A stretch of DNA of 61,357 nucleotides, the filler included, from Globobulimina sp. (taxonomy: Eukaryota): NCBI GenBank assembly GCA_003354225.1. It is 18 parts of 18 records of this genome, joined end to end, with 100 filler letters (N's around TTAATTAATTAA, not from the genome) between each part and the next. Parts side by side here need not be neighbours in the genome. Positions count along the whole stretch, not along the records: positions 1 to 3,317 come from PIVH01003108.1; positions 3,418 to 6,734 come from PIVH01003109.1; positions 6,835 to 10,150 come from PIVH01003110.1; positions 10,251 to 13,566 come from PIVH01003111.1; 14 more parts are not named here. One strand, 5' to 3'. The translations under genes and the position numbers were made by a program. Shown piece by piece: positions 1-10,827 of the stretch (positions within the stretch are counted from its first letter, which is position 1; each line of letters starts with the position of its first letter). The notes under the pieces are model-generated. The model was not told the origin of the DNA and ran no database searches. It saw nothing but the letters and a program-made list of their open reading frames with translations.

Positions 1-1
1 G

Positions 2-58
2 GCAATTGCCGCAAAATATCTTGCACCCAAGCAAGTTTCAAAAATTGGCATCGTGGGG
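2..58 (+). pseudogene. Short fragment resembling ornithine cyclodeaminase/mu-crystallin
   Basis: Frame 2 reads AIAAKYLAPKQVSKIGIVG, matching the OCD-family segment before the Rossmann GxGxxA motif. Similarity ends abruptly after IVG. Confidence 0.45.
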
Positions 59-101
59 CCGCTGACCAATTTTGCTTCAGGTAGCCAGGTTGTAAACGAA
101 G

Positions 102-947
102 TTGACTATAACAAAGCTACATATCATCGAAAATAAGAAACCCAGAGTGGTTGTATCAATGTCAGCGACACCAAATGAAATACCGCAAGGTCTGAATGGT
201 ACAATTAATTGGATTTTAAATGATCAAACTTATGAAATTGATGCTTACTACATACATATTCCATATTTACAAATAAGAAATAACAATAAATTATACCCGT
301 CAACACCTGAATTACGGTCATATTTCCCGCAGAACAAAGTGATTATAAATCGTTTATTCGTTGATTATGGTCCAATGTCGCGATATATTGGCATCCTGGA
401 TTTAGAATGTGATCCAGAAACAATTATTATTTCATTTGATGTTGACATTGAGCATCAAAAAAGAGTCAATAATTTCGTATCTGAATTTATGAGACACATT
501 GAGTATGATCCAAATGTTTGGTGGGTAAAACAAGGAGAAAATCCAATATATTCGGAATCCAAAAAAAAAATGATTGGATTCAATTGGACGTTGTATGGAC
601 AAGAAATTGATGAAAATGCGCAAATTGCATGGAGTCGGATATCAGTATTTCGTGCTGTTTCTGGCATTGCCTACAAAAGGAAGTTTTTAGAGGATTTATG
701 GTTGAATGCAACTGAATATTATGAAGGCTGCTTCTGGGACGATGACCATTGGATGAGTTTTAATTTGGAGAGAAAAGGAATTACAATCAAACTGAGGAGA
801 GATTACAATCAAACTATCAAGGAATTCAAGGAAAGGAGGTTAGGATCACTAAAAAAGATTAATTTAAAATTGAATTCGCGAAAAATATGCACAGCAAATA
901 TTATGCAAAAACATCCTGAAATATGGCCAAATTTGAGAGTTAAATAA
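102..947 (+). CDS. GT-A fold glycosyltransferase-like protein, probably 5' incomplete
   Basis: PRVVVSMSATP, DYGPMSRYIG, IIISFDVD (DxD) and CFWDDDHWMSFNLERKGI motifs. The start is TTG and no signal anchor is present. Confidence 0.6.
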   Translation: MTITKLHIIENKKPRVVVSMSATPNEIPQGLNGTINWILNDQTYEIDAYYIHIPYLQIRNNNKLYPSTPELRSYFPQNKVIINRLFVDYGPMSRYIGILDLECDPETIIISFDVDIEHQKRVNNFVSEFMRHIEYDPNVWWVKQGENPIYSESKKKMIGFNWTLYGQEIDENAQIAWSRISVFRAVSGIAYKRKFLEDLWLNATEYYEGCFWDDDHWMSFNLERKGITIKLRRDYNQTIKEFKERRLGSLKKINLKLNSRKICTANIMQKHPEIWPNLRVK

Positions 948-1007
948 ATTCAAAGTTTCAATGTTTTCTTTCAAAATCAAATTCAATAAAAAAGATTTCT
1001 ACTAAGT

Positions 1008-3128
1008 ATGGCAACTTCAATGACGAGTCCAACTCATCACTTTGAGCAAGTATCTCAATTAATTGAAAGCGCAAATTCTATCACAGATTTAAACGTTATC
1101 ACTGAACAACTAATCACATTGTCTGAGTTAAAGAAAATATTATTAGATAAATTATCAACATTAAAAAGCCAGCAACACATTTCTAAGGAGACTGGTACTG
1201 ATCCACTATCAATACATAGTTTATACTTTAATTCGTATCCATTTGATGAAATTTTTAGTAATGACATCATTTTGTCAGTAATTCAATATTTATCTGCTTC
1301 GAAAATGTACCACAAACTACCACAAATTAACACAAACTTTCGCAAAATAATGCGCGAAAACCCTATCTTATATCAACAGTATAAAATACAAGTTACATTA
1401 TCCGATGATCTCTGGTCTAATTCTACAAAAACATTATTTATAACCATATCACATCAATTGCAATGCATTGAAATATCTGCCAATTTGCCGCAACAATTCC
1501 CATACAATGCCGCTATCCCTTTAAATAGTAAAATTGCGCCCGGTCAGAGCCGCTCTCATTCGCCGCCTCAAACAAATAATTTCATCATTCGATCTGTCCA
1601 AGATATGGCAGCAAAATGTCCATTTATGTGGTATGCCATTCGTAAATGGCAAATTATAACACATTTATCCGATTATGATCATGGAGATCAAGCAGATCAC
1701 AGCACATTATTATCTACGCCGCCATTCATTAACATCAATGCAAACAACACAGCAACACCCACACAAACACCACAGATCCCTGATATATCCATACCGTCAC
1801 TAATGGAGCAGTTATTGCATAAATCCTCATCATATATCCGTTCATTACAGATCGATGAAAGAATAATGTCCGCCACACCGACCGGTGGCGTGTTTGGAAT
1901 GTATGGATTGTACACACGAGGAGCATCCAGTAATTTTTATCTTAATTATAATCACGAATTGAACATAAACAACAAAAAAAAACATATAGCTCACACCATA
2001 TTAAATAAGTTAATGAGCTTAAATAATTTAATACATATTGAATGGATTACGGATGAATCTGCGCCAATTTTACAAACATTGTATTTTAATAAATGTAACA
2101 ACATCGTCTGTCTGGCTTTACGTGGATCGCAAGCATACACCATATTAAATGGCGATATATTGGCAAATCTACGCAAACTCAATGTGTTAAGCATTGAATT
2201 TGACGATTTACGATATGTTCATGTTAATAACAACAATGACGAAACAGAAAAGGACGAAAAAGAGAAAGAAAAGACAGTGGTCAAATTTCCAATAAATATG
2301 GAATTTATAGAGTTTAAGAATTATGAGCATGCAGGGGATGTAATATTAGATTTGTCGCATTGTTTGAATATTATTGCTATGCAGTTAACAATATCTAGCA
2401 AGAAATACAACTTTCCGAATATGTTAGACGGCATAAAATGGCCAATTGCAAACGTACAGAATGATAGTAATTATTTGATACAATGTTTATTGATGCAATT
2501 CAGTCATAAATCAATGTCTCCATCGCATGATGCATGGGATGAATATATACAAACATTGGGGAACAATCATAATAATAAAAGATTGCCAGTTAAATATATC
2601 CAATGTATCACAAATACATATTCACAGCCAATTTATTATAAAATGGGTCACAATGGCAATAAAACAGAGACTATGGATAATTTTACTTATTCCAATTTGT
2701 CAATAAAAGGATTAGGCGAAAGCAATGATTATATTAATATTAATTTATCGATAAAACCGCACAGTGATATAACAAATATTAATACGATCACGAATAATGG
2801 CGATGGCGACGGCATATTGTGGAAAACATTGATTTATGGCAAGTATGAAACAGTGAAAGATGGGGATATTATTGCTGCAGATAAGATAGTAGCGTATAAG
2901 AAATATTTTGCAATGGATATTGTGAAATGGATATATCACTTAGGCAGAGATTATGGATCTGGGCCATCAATGGATATGTTTGATACTTCTTCGATTAATA
3001 ATTTGCCGGATATTTCAACGAGATATACAGATACGTCTACATTAAGTAACAATATTATTATAAATCCGCAATATATTCAAGAACAAGCACCTGTGTCATC
3101 TGCAAGTGCTTTATTTGCTGTTGACTGA
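1008..3128 (+). CDS. Hypothetical protein with N-terminal F-box-like motif and degenerate LRR-like region
   Basis: 706-aa intronless ATG ORF. FSNDIILSVIQYLSASKMYHKLPQINTNFRKI resembles an F-box, and LxxLxxLxI repeats follow downstream. Confidence 0.55.
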   Translation: MATSMTSPTHHFEQVSQLIESANSITDLNVITEQLITLSELKKILLDKLSTLKSQQHISKETGTDPLSIHSLYFNSYPFDEIFSNDIILSVIQYLSASKMYHKLPQINTNFRKIMRENPILYQQYKIQVTLSDDLWSNSTKTLFITISHQLQCIEISANLPQQFPYNAAIPLNSKIAPGQSRSHSPPQTNNFIIRSVQDMAAKCPFMWYAIRKWQIITHLSDYDHGDQADHSTLLSTPPFININANNTATPTQTPQIPDISIPSLMEQLLHKSSSYIRSLQIDERIMSATPTGGVFGMYGLYTRGASSNFYLNYNHELNINNKKKHIAHTILNKLMSLNNLIHIEWITDESAPILQTLYFNKCNNIVCLALRGSQAYTILNGDILANLRKLNVLSIEFDDLRYVHVNNNNDETEKDEKEKEKTVVKFPINMEFIEFKNYEHAGDVILDLSHCLNIIAMQLTISSKKYNFPNMLDGIKWPIANVQNDSNYLIQCLLMQFSHKSMSPSHDAWDEYIQTLGNNHNNKRLPVKYIQCITNTYSQPIYYKMGHNGNKTETMDNFTYSNLSIKGLGESNDYININLSIKPHSDITNINTITNNGDGDGILWKTLIYGKYETVKDGDIIAADKIVAYKKYFAMDIVKWIYHLGRDYGSGPSMDMFDTSSINNLPDISTRYTDTSTLSNNIIINPQYIQEQAPVSSASALFAVD

Positions 3129-3317
3129 TAAATATATATTAATAATATATATTTATATATTTATATTTTGTTTCGTTGTTCCTAGATATATACAAAATAT
3201 TTTTCAGATTCCAAACTATGTTGTTTGAGAAACGTTAGTATATTAGCTTTATAGGAAAGTAGTTACAGTAGAATGTGGAGGCTGGCAATCTGATTAGTTT
3301 CTAAATAGTTGCTAAAT

Positions 3318-3417
3318 NNNNNNNNNNNNNNNNNNNNNNNNNNNNNNNNNNNNNNNNNNNNTTAATTAATTAANNNNNNNNNNNNNNNNNNNNNNNNNNN
3401 NNNNNNNNNNNNNNNNN
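3318..3417. other. Artificial contig linker (first of 17 identical 100-nt linkers)
   Basis: N44-TTAATTAATTAA-N44 (stops in all six frames). It recurs every ~3.41 kb, at 6735, 10151, 13567, 16983, 20399, 23814, 27229, 30644, 34059, 37473, 40887, 44300, 47712, 51124, 54536 and 57947. Contig lengths fall from 3317 to 3311 bp. Confidence 0.99.
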
Positions 3418-3775
3418 CGGAGACAGAAAAATAATTTTAGCAAATATCACACATTTAATATTTACTTTGATAAAGCAATCAAAGCAATAAATTTATATTT
3501 ATATATTTTATTATTATATGTATTTGATTTGCATGGTGTTCGGTTTTTCTTTGGTGTCAGATATTTTGTAAATTGCTTTGTTTTATTGTGCCTAGCCTAG
3601 CTTGTATTTTCTATATTATTATTATTGTGACATTGTCAGATATTTTTTCTTTTTTTGTTGTTTTCATGTGTTATATTCTACGATATTTCTACTTAGTTTT
3701 ATTGTTAAAATTAGTTTTAACGCATTCAGCACTTTAATTTATTAGTTTATTAACTCGGAAAAAATAAGCAAATTG

Positions 3776-3905
3776 TCCAGATGTATACAGATGAATCTCA
3801 GCTATATCTCGATACATATTGGATATATCATATGTCTCTAGATATATCTCAGCTATATCTACATATATCTGACATATATCAGATCCTTCCTTAGATCCTT
3901 CCTTT
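3776..3905. repeat. Low-complexity GATAT/ATATC-rich repeat cluster
   Basis: ATCTCAGCTATATCT x2, AGATCCTTCCTT x2 and several ATATC motifs upstream of the 3958 ORF. Confidence 0.5.
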
Positions 3906-3957
3906 TCAGAAATTCCTTTCCATTGTTTCTATATTTCTATGAAAAAACGTTTTATTC

Positions 3958-5793
3958 ATGTCTTTGCCACAAAGTTTGACCACCATTGCCAAAATCGAAG
4001 AAACAGACGAATATCTTTACACATATCAACCATTGCAAATCGAAGACTTAATCCCTTATTTGACATATAATAATTTATTATCAAAAACAAATACCAATGA
4101 AAATAATTCAAATACATTGTCACATCCATTATTAACCGAATTATCATCAATTATTAAATCTTTTTGTGCTGATAATAATATATTTCTTTTTTTACCTCAT
4201 CGTTTAATAAAAAACAATCAATACAAAAAAATAGCTCTCCCAACGTTTTGGTGCCATTCCAATTTATCCGATAAATGGTTTTTCTTATCGCGTATAAAAG
4301 AGACCAATAAAACAGAGTTAACAGACGATGAAGGCAAAGAAGGTGAAAACTTTCACAATGAAAACAAATTATTAGCCCAATCAATAAAATATATTATATT
4401 GGAATATTCATTCACATCATCAACGCAATTAATATCATATAAACCATTCAAATGGAAGTTATTCAACAATGTCACATATAAAAAATATAAAAAAGAAAAC
4501 GATAAATATCGTTTAGAGGAATATCAAGTCAAATATCATAAAGCAGCAATAGGTGCGATGGCATGCGATGAAAACGATACAATATTCGTTGCCAATAGTA
4601 AAAAAATTGTATATTTCTGCAGTACCGTTGCCAAAAAAATAGATAAATATTGTAAGATATCTGGCAAAATAAATCGAGTAACTTCTGGTACTAAACAAGA
4701 AACAATTTGTGCACTATTTTCGCAAACTAATTATAAACAAAATAAAGGTAATTAACACTTATGTTCAAGCATAATGCTCCATTTTTCTACTGAGCTTAAA
4801 ATTGCGCGCATGAAATGCCAAAGTTGTGCAAAACTTACTCAGCTAATTTGTTCAACATTACATTGCCTGCTTGCACCTACGTGTTGCACATAAGAGGTTA
4901 TATTTTATGGAGTATCGTTACGATGGACAAAGTACACTGACTCATGTGACTCTGATCAATATGAAAATGTATTATTTCATAAAATTAGTATCAGTACAAC
5001 ATTACAAATAGAATTGAATAAAGTCGATGAAAAATTAAAAACACTAAAAAAAGAATATCAAGCAAAAATAGATAAATTCACAGGTACAAAATCAATGTCG
5101 CAAAGAGAGAAAAAGCGTTTTGAAAAAGAAGAAAGAAAATTAAAGAGTGAAAAAGACCAAATTATTGAAGCTGAGCATAAATGTGAAAATAAATATGTTT
5201 TGAAGCAGAAACAGTTGAAGGAATTGATAGTAGCACAAGGCGTTTGTCATTGGGGATTTTGTAACTATGAAATGAAAAATTTATTTTATTTTTATGATTC
5301 ATTTCCAACGCAACATCGATTGTTTTATTTGCATAAAAGAGAAAAGCTGAATGGTTATGTATTGGGCGACAAAGGGAAAGGACCATTAAAACAAGGTAGG
5401 GGTGCTTCTGGTGGACGGTATCTATGTTGTTTTGTGAAAGAGAAAAATATTGACAATAAAAATAAAAAAAATGGGTATGCTTTCATAATTGGATTGAAAG
5501 GTGTTGTGAAATCAGATGATAATGTATTAAAATATAGATATGATGTTATGAGATATGAATATAAAACAAAGGATACAAAATTTGATAGAATAGCAAATGA
5601 ATATGGATGGTTTGATTTTGATATGAATTTTGCATCGGTTGATGTTGATGGGTTTAATGGTAATGTACGATATTTAGGCTATGATGAAAAACGTGATTGT
5701 ATTTTGTATTTGAAATGTAAACAATTGGACAAGGATACATATTGGACTATACTTTATCATACAACTACTGCAATTGTCCAACATATGGAATGA
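3958..5793 (+). CDS. Hypothetical Lys-rich protein, 2 exons (intron 4748-4894)
   Basis: ORFs 3958-4755 and 5014-5793 join in frame through a GTAATT...CATAAG phase-1 intron. There is a central coiled-coil segment and no recognisable family. Confidence 0.6.
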
Positions 5794-6089
5794 CTGCTTT
5801 CGCTCTTGATATATAATTATTAATGTTGAATTCGAATAATATTGAACGAATCTTCGCATTCAATGCATTAAAGGCGACTAGACGAGGAAACTAGTTCAAG
5901 TTTTCCAGGTTTAATATATTTAGATGTACTGATATGATCTAATCGAGAATTAAGTTGACGCAGAAATTCGATTTTCTAAACCAAAGTATCAAACAAATGA
6001 AAAACATAAAAATTGATGTACACAAAATTTATCCTTGCACTCAATAAATACAATCATAAATATACAAACAAAATTCAATTTAATTATAT

Positions 6090-6734
6090 TTATTTATATT
6101 GATTTGGTGGTAATTGCTTATTTGGTGCGTTTGGTAAATTTTTTTGATATTGATTTTGTTGGACGTGTTGCGGTGGTCGATATTGATTATTATTCTGTTG
6201 TTGAGGCGGTACCGGTTGATATTGTTGATTTTGATTATTTTGTGGCCTGTATTGGTTTTGTTGATATTGCAATTGATTCTGGTTCTGGTTATTTTGTGGT
6301 GGTGCTCTATATTGCGTATTTTGGGGTATATATTGGTTTTGATTTTGATTATAGCCTTGTTGTGGTGGTGGTGCTCTATATTGATTTTGCTGTGGATTAT
6401 ATTGTTGATTTGGTGGTCGATACTGATTATTATTTGGTTGAAATTGTCTCTGTTGTTGTTGGGGAGGCATATACTGATTTTGTGGTGGTCTATATTGATT
6501 ATTTTGCATTTGTTGCGGTGGTCTGTACTGATTTTGTGGTATTTGTTGTGGTGGTGGTGGTCTATATTGTTGTTGTTGTTGTTGTATCGGTTGTTGTTGT
6601 ACCGGTTGTCTCTGTTGGTGTTTATTTTGATTATTCGATGGAGGTAATGGTTGTGCTACCTTTGCCTGCGGATTCTCATACACCATACAACCAGTTGGAC
6701 ATTTACTGCAGTTTTTTGTTGATTTTTTTGTTAA
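6090..6734 (-). CDS. C-terminal part of a protein with a Q/N/P/Y-rich low-complexity tail (5' cut by contig end)
   Basis: The frame is open to the contig edge (..KNCSKCPTGCMVYENP..). It carries repeated QNQYRPP(Q) units. Confidence 0.65.
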   Translation of the reverse strand, partial: LTKKSTKNCSKCPTGCMVYENPQAKVAQPLPPSNNQNKHQQRQPVQQQPIQQQQQQYRPPPPQQIPQNQYRPPQQMQNNQYRPPQNQYMPPQQQQRQFQPNNNQYRPPNQQYNPQQNQYRAPPPQQGYNQNQNQYIPQNTQYRAPPQNNQNQNQLQYQQNQYRPQNNQNQQYQPVPPQQQNNNQYRPPQHVQQNQYQKNLPNAPNKQLPPNQYK

Positions 6735-6834
6735 NNNNNNNNNNNNNNNNNNNNNNNNNNNNNNNNNNNNNNNNNNNNTTAATTAATTAANNNNNNNNNN
6801 NNNNNNNNNNNNNNNNNNNNNNNNNNNNNNNNNN

Positions 6835-7170
6835 TCTGCACATTTTGAGATTAGAGATGGTGCCATACAGAGTGTGGATGCATTACGCAAAGCAATGTCG
6901 ATTGCAACACAGATCAATACATTTATTTTGCCGCTGCAAAAGTATGCGAATGATTCAGTTGATGGTCGCTTACATTTTTCATTGAATTTGAATACAGAAA
7001 CTGGTCGCTTATCGTGTAAGAATCCAAATTTACAGAACCAGCCCGCAAATAAAGATATATTCGAAGTGCGGAAAGCATTTGCGGCGCAAAATGAAAGTAA
7101 GGCGTTTTTATCAGAGTGCCAATCGATGATCGATGCGTTTGACAGTGACAAAAAGGTATGGATGCTTTAA
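6835..7170 (+). pseudogene. Family A DNA polymerase fragment, plant/protist organellar (POP) type, lacking motif A
   Basis: DGRLHFSLNLNTETGRLSCKNPNLQNQP..VRKAF, then directly LSECQSMIDAF. The intervening LIVADYxQLELRILAH segment is absent and a stop follows. Confidence 0.75.
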
Positions 7171-9356
7171 TGGAAGTAGATTTGGACGAGAATATTGTGA
7201 AAGAATGGGCTAAAATCAGATTAGAAATTATGCAGAATGAGGATGATAATACTTGTGACGGCGCAGACTGTGATTATATTGATTCATGTCCACAAGTACA
7301 GAAATTGCATTTTGTGATGAAATGTTATAATTATTATCTAGGCAAAGTATGCAAAGACGATGAAGATAAATGTAATAAGAATCCGAATTTAAAGCAAATA
7401 CAATATAATGTCGCATCTATGGCGGAGTTAGTCAACAATTTGGATGACTTAAATCTGCAGAAATTATTGGATATTTTTCAACATGTTTCGACCATACATT
7501 TCCAGCCAGCAATGTTTGAACATTTTGAGGACACAATTGGAAAATGTGGAGGTGGTTCACAGTGTAAACCATTGTCAAGAAATAACGGACGCAGAGGCGG
7601 TGCAAATATGACCAATGATGATTTAAATGATGATTTAAATGACAATAGAAATAGAAATGGCACTGACGAGAAAGAAGAAGTGAAATACGAACCATTTCGC
7701 CCATTACGTCGGGTACCAACAGTCTCGAACAACATTGATTATACAAATGATAACGGTAAGAAAAAAATAACCGCAGAGGAACGTATCACGTTATCTTATT
7801 TAGATAAATGGCATTCATTTTTATTTCATCCAAATGTGAAACAAAAAAAGAATATAATTATCTCTCCGGTTCAAGAAGACAAAGAAGAGGAAGAAGAAGA
7901 TGAGGATGAAAGTGACTGGGTACTAAATGCACCAACATTAGGCATTGGAAACTCAAATAAATTCGTATCGGACGCATCGGCGTACGGCAAATTATCCAAA
8001 CTGACATCAACAACCAAAACAAAAATGAATTTAATGAGTGCCGAGGATGTAGCAATTAAAAGCTATGATGATGCTGATCTGCATAATGCCGCCAACAGCG
8101 CCGAAGATGTATATTATGAGTACAGGTTTGGTGAACAGATCGAATATCACACGTTGCCAAACCATTTTATATGCATGAAACAGGAGTTGATTGCCAATGA
8201 CATCCATACCATTACCGAGAAAGCATGGGACGACACCTTAGCAAAAGCATTATTATCGCTGGAGATGGAAAGCGTGCAAGCAAACTATAAGGCGAATGAC
8301 CATGGCTTATTTAAGCAATATGGCGTCAAACAGGGCGAATTGATTGGAGTGGATAACGTGATCGCCATCTTATTTTATTGCAATTTTGATGACTTACAGC
8401 GTGAATTCAGCAAAACGTTTCGCAAAATGGAGGAATATGACTCTGACCAAAGCATTAAAGACCGGCATTGTAAGAATTTCTATTGGTTGGGACGGGCATT
8501 GTATGTCGCGGTTAACTTCTATGGACAGCGTATGCAGAAAAACCAGGTGGTTTGGCATGGCTTGTCATCCAAGATGTTGTTTGATAATTTTGCAGCGTAC
8601 TTTGACTGTCCAACCAGTACAACCACGCAGAAGAATGTGGCGCAGACATTTAGCGGTAATGGCAATGGCGTTATACTCAAATTAAAGTCCAAACATAGCA
8701 ACAATTGTTCATGGATGTTGGATGTGAGTTTGTTTAGCGACTTTACGGATGAATGCGAGCGCTTGTTTTTGAATGAAACGCTGATAATTACCGATATATT
8801 AAGCATTATAAATAAGCGATGGGTGTCGTTTAGAAAGTATATTGGAGCGTGTTTGTATTTTAATAAGATCACGACCGGCAATGCAAATGATGAGAGCTGG
8901 AATATTGCAGAGAGCGCAGTGATACAGAATACGTTGGCTAAGATCATCATTGATTATTTGCTGAGTAATGAGGATGTTCAGAATGAGAATATGCAAAGAA
9001 TACCAGAATATGTTCGTGTGTTGTTTCGACATTATTGCGATGGCAAACAGAAAACACCGCTATTTGCAGATATTGATAAAATACAATATAAAATGCAGAG
9101 GACGTTACAGCAGTATTTATTTGCGACCTCAATTGCAAATAAAGATGAATTTAAAGATGATAAAAAACAAAAAATATCAGGAGAGAAAATACGTTTATTG
9201 TTTCCAAATGCGACGGATTATCTAAATGATCAAAAGGAATTAATTTCATTCGTATCTCAAATGGATAATGATGATGATGGGGATAATAATGAGCCAGATA
9301 TGAATGATGAAAAAAGTGTATCCATTGTGAACAGTCCGAAAAGAAAAAAATCTTAA
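7158..9356 (+). CDS. Large protein with C-terminal mono-ADP-ribosyltransferase-like domain
   Basis: 732 aa. ILFYCNFDDLQREFSKTFR helix, then VWHG, PTSTT..VAQTFS and SDFTDECERLF, which parallel the R / STS / ExE motifs of ARTC-type enzymes. Confidence 0.6.
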   Translation: MDALMEVDLDENIVKEWAKIRLEIMQNEDDNTCDGADCDYIDSCPQVQKLHFVMKCYNYYLGKVCKDDEDKCNKNPNLKQIQYNVASMAELVNNLDDLNLQKLLDIFQHVSTIHFQPAMFEHFEDTIGKCGGGSQCKPLSRNNGRRGGANMTNDDLNDDLNDNRNRNGTDEKEEVKYEPFRPLRRVPTVSNNIDYTNDNGKKKITAEERITLSYLDKWHSFLFHPNVKQKKNIIISPVQEDKEEEEEDEDESDWVLNAPTLGIGNSNKFVSDASAYGKLSKLTSTTKTKMNLMSAEDVAIKSYDDADLHNAANSAEDVYYEYRFGEQIEYHTLPNHFICMKQELIANDIHTITEKAWDDTLAKALLSLEMESVQANYKANDHGLFKQYGVKQGELIGVDNVIAILFYCNFDDLQREFSKTFRKMEEYDSDQSIKDRHCKNFYWLGRALYVAVNFYGQRMQKNQVVWHGLSSKMLFDNFAAYFDCPTSTTTQKNVAQTFSGNGNGVILKLKSKHSNNCSWMLDVSLFSDFTDECERLFLNETLIITDILSIINKRWVSFRKYIGACLYFNKITTGNANDESWNIAESAVIQNTLAKIIIDYLLSNEDVQNENMQRIPEYVRVLFRHYCDGKQKTPLFADIDKIQYKMQRTLQQYLFATSIANKDEFKDDKKQKISGEKIRLLFPNATDYLNDQKELISFVSQMDNDDDGDNNEPDMNDEKSVSIVNSPKRKKS

Positions 9357-9556
9357 TTTTAAATTGTTCTTTTTTTGGTTGTCTTTTTTTTTAAATTGTA
9401 TAAAGATGTGTTTGTCGTTATGTCTGTACACTTGACCTGGCCCGGAACTGTCTGGACTCTGTATTACAAAATGTTTAATTTCGTTTCTGTTTTTACTAAA
9501 AAATGCTACGTGGCAGAAAAACGATATGAACATACAAATTATACAAATTTTTTTTT

Positions 9557-9841
9557 TTAAACCTTGCACGATAAGTAATTTGTAGTAAAATCAAATCCCA
9601 AATAATCCAAATGATCTAACACATCCACATCAATACTGTATTGATCACAACACTTTGAATCTTCCCCACTCCCATCACAAACAGCGTAGGTTGCATTTGG
9701 ATTCTTGGCGTAAAATACTTCTAATGACATATGATGATATCCATTTTTACCCATACTTTGCGATGGTAAATGCGGAACAGGATCCTTTCTATGCGTTACA
9801 TGAAAATGTAATTGGCCATTCCCATTTATTTCATGTTCATA
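9557..9841 (-). pseudogene. Class 3 lipase C-terminal fragment
   Basis: HVTHRKDPVPHLP..GYHHMSLEVFY..VCDGSGEDSKC..DHLDYLG includes the catalytic Asp and His regions. The GxSxG half is not seen upstream in this contig. Confidence 0.7.
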
Positions 9842-10250
9842 AATTTGTCGGGTGAGCGAAGCGAACTGACTCAGTTTTAATCACAGTTTTGACTAGTTTT
9901 TGTATATGCTAATCTTGAATGTGTGTGGTGTGGTGGGTGGGCGTGGTGTGGTGTGTTTTGTGGGTGAGGTGGGTGAGGTTTTCTTGATCTTGGAATGTGG
10001 AATCTTGTTCTGCACTAAAATAAATAAAACTATTTTAACTTTACTGTTTTTCTTCTTCTTGTTGCATGTTTCAAGTTGCCGCATCTCAAATGTTCATCAG
10101 AGTTTGCCTAAAAAGTGCCCGCTATACATGAAGCAACGTTGTTGACCCATNNNNNNNNNNNNNNNNNNNNNNNNNNNNNNNNNNNNNNNNNNNNTTAATT
10201 AATTAANNNNNNNNNNNNNNNNNNNNNNNNNNNNNNNNNNNNNNNNNNNN

Positions 10251-10775
10251 GAATCCATTTCAAATCCAATGATATCATTCGGTTCAATATTGAAGATCTT
10301 TGACAAATATGTTTCATCCAACTTTTCTGTTAAACTGAGTTTGCAGATTTTATCTTTATGCCGAAGGTAAAATACATCACTTGGTCCTAATTGTGATGGT
10401 GTGTCACTGTGTTGCTGTTTTTGTAATTGTTTATGGTCTCTACTATGTTCGCGAGCATTTTTTTTGTTTGAGCCTCTTGATCGAGATCGAGATCGTGAGC
10501 TTGAATGTGAATTTGAATAAGAATATGATCGTGAACTTGAATGTGAACTTCTACAAAACAAAATGTATTTGTATTATAATATTTGATTGAATTAATTTTT
10601 GTTTTTAGATTTTATTTTAAAACCACCTGTCATCATGACTCAGATCAGTAAAACTGTCCTCATCATAATTGTTTCTCCGTCTTTTTCCCTCAGTGCTACG
10701 GTAATGTTTGGATGAACGTGATCGAAAACAAGAACGAGAATGAGAACGAGAACTAGAGCTGTTTCGTGAACTCAT
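10251..10775 (-). CDS. Arg/Ser-rich protein, N-terminal part (intron 10551-10626, 3' cut)
   Basis: ATG at 10775 (MSSRNSSSSRSHSRS..). A GTGGTT...TGTAG intron joins it in frame to the SRSRSRSR exon, which runs into the linker. Confidence 0.6.
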
Positions 10776-10827
10776 GCGGAAGGTTGGAAAATAAGCTGTT
10801 TTTTTGGGAGTTTATAAAAATTGTTAA

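Noticed and set aside
6035..6790. Hydrophobic plus-strand ORFs (251 and 167 aa)
   Set aside because: Antisense shadows of the Q/N/P-rich minus-strand gene.
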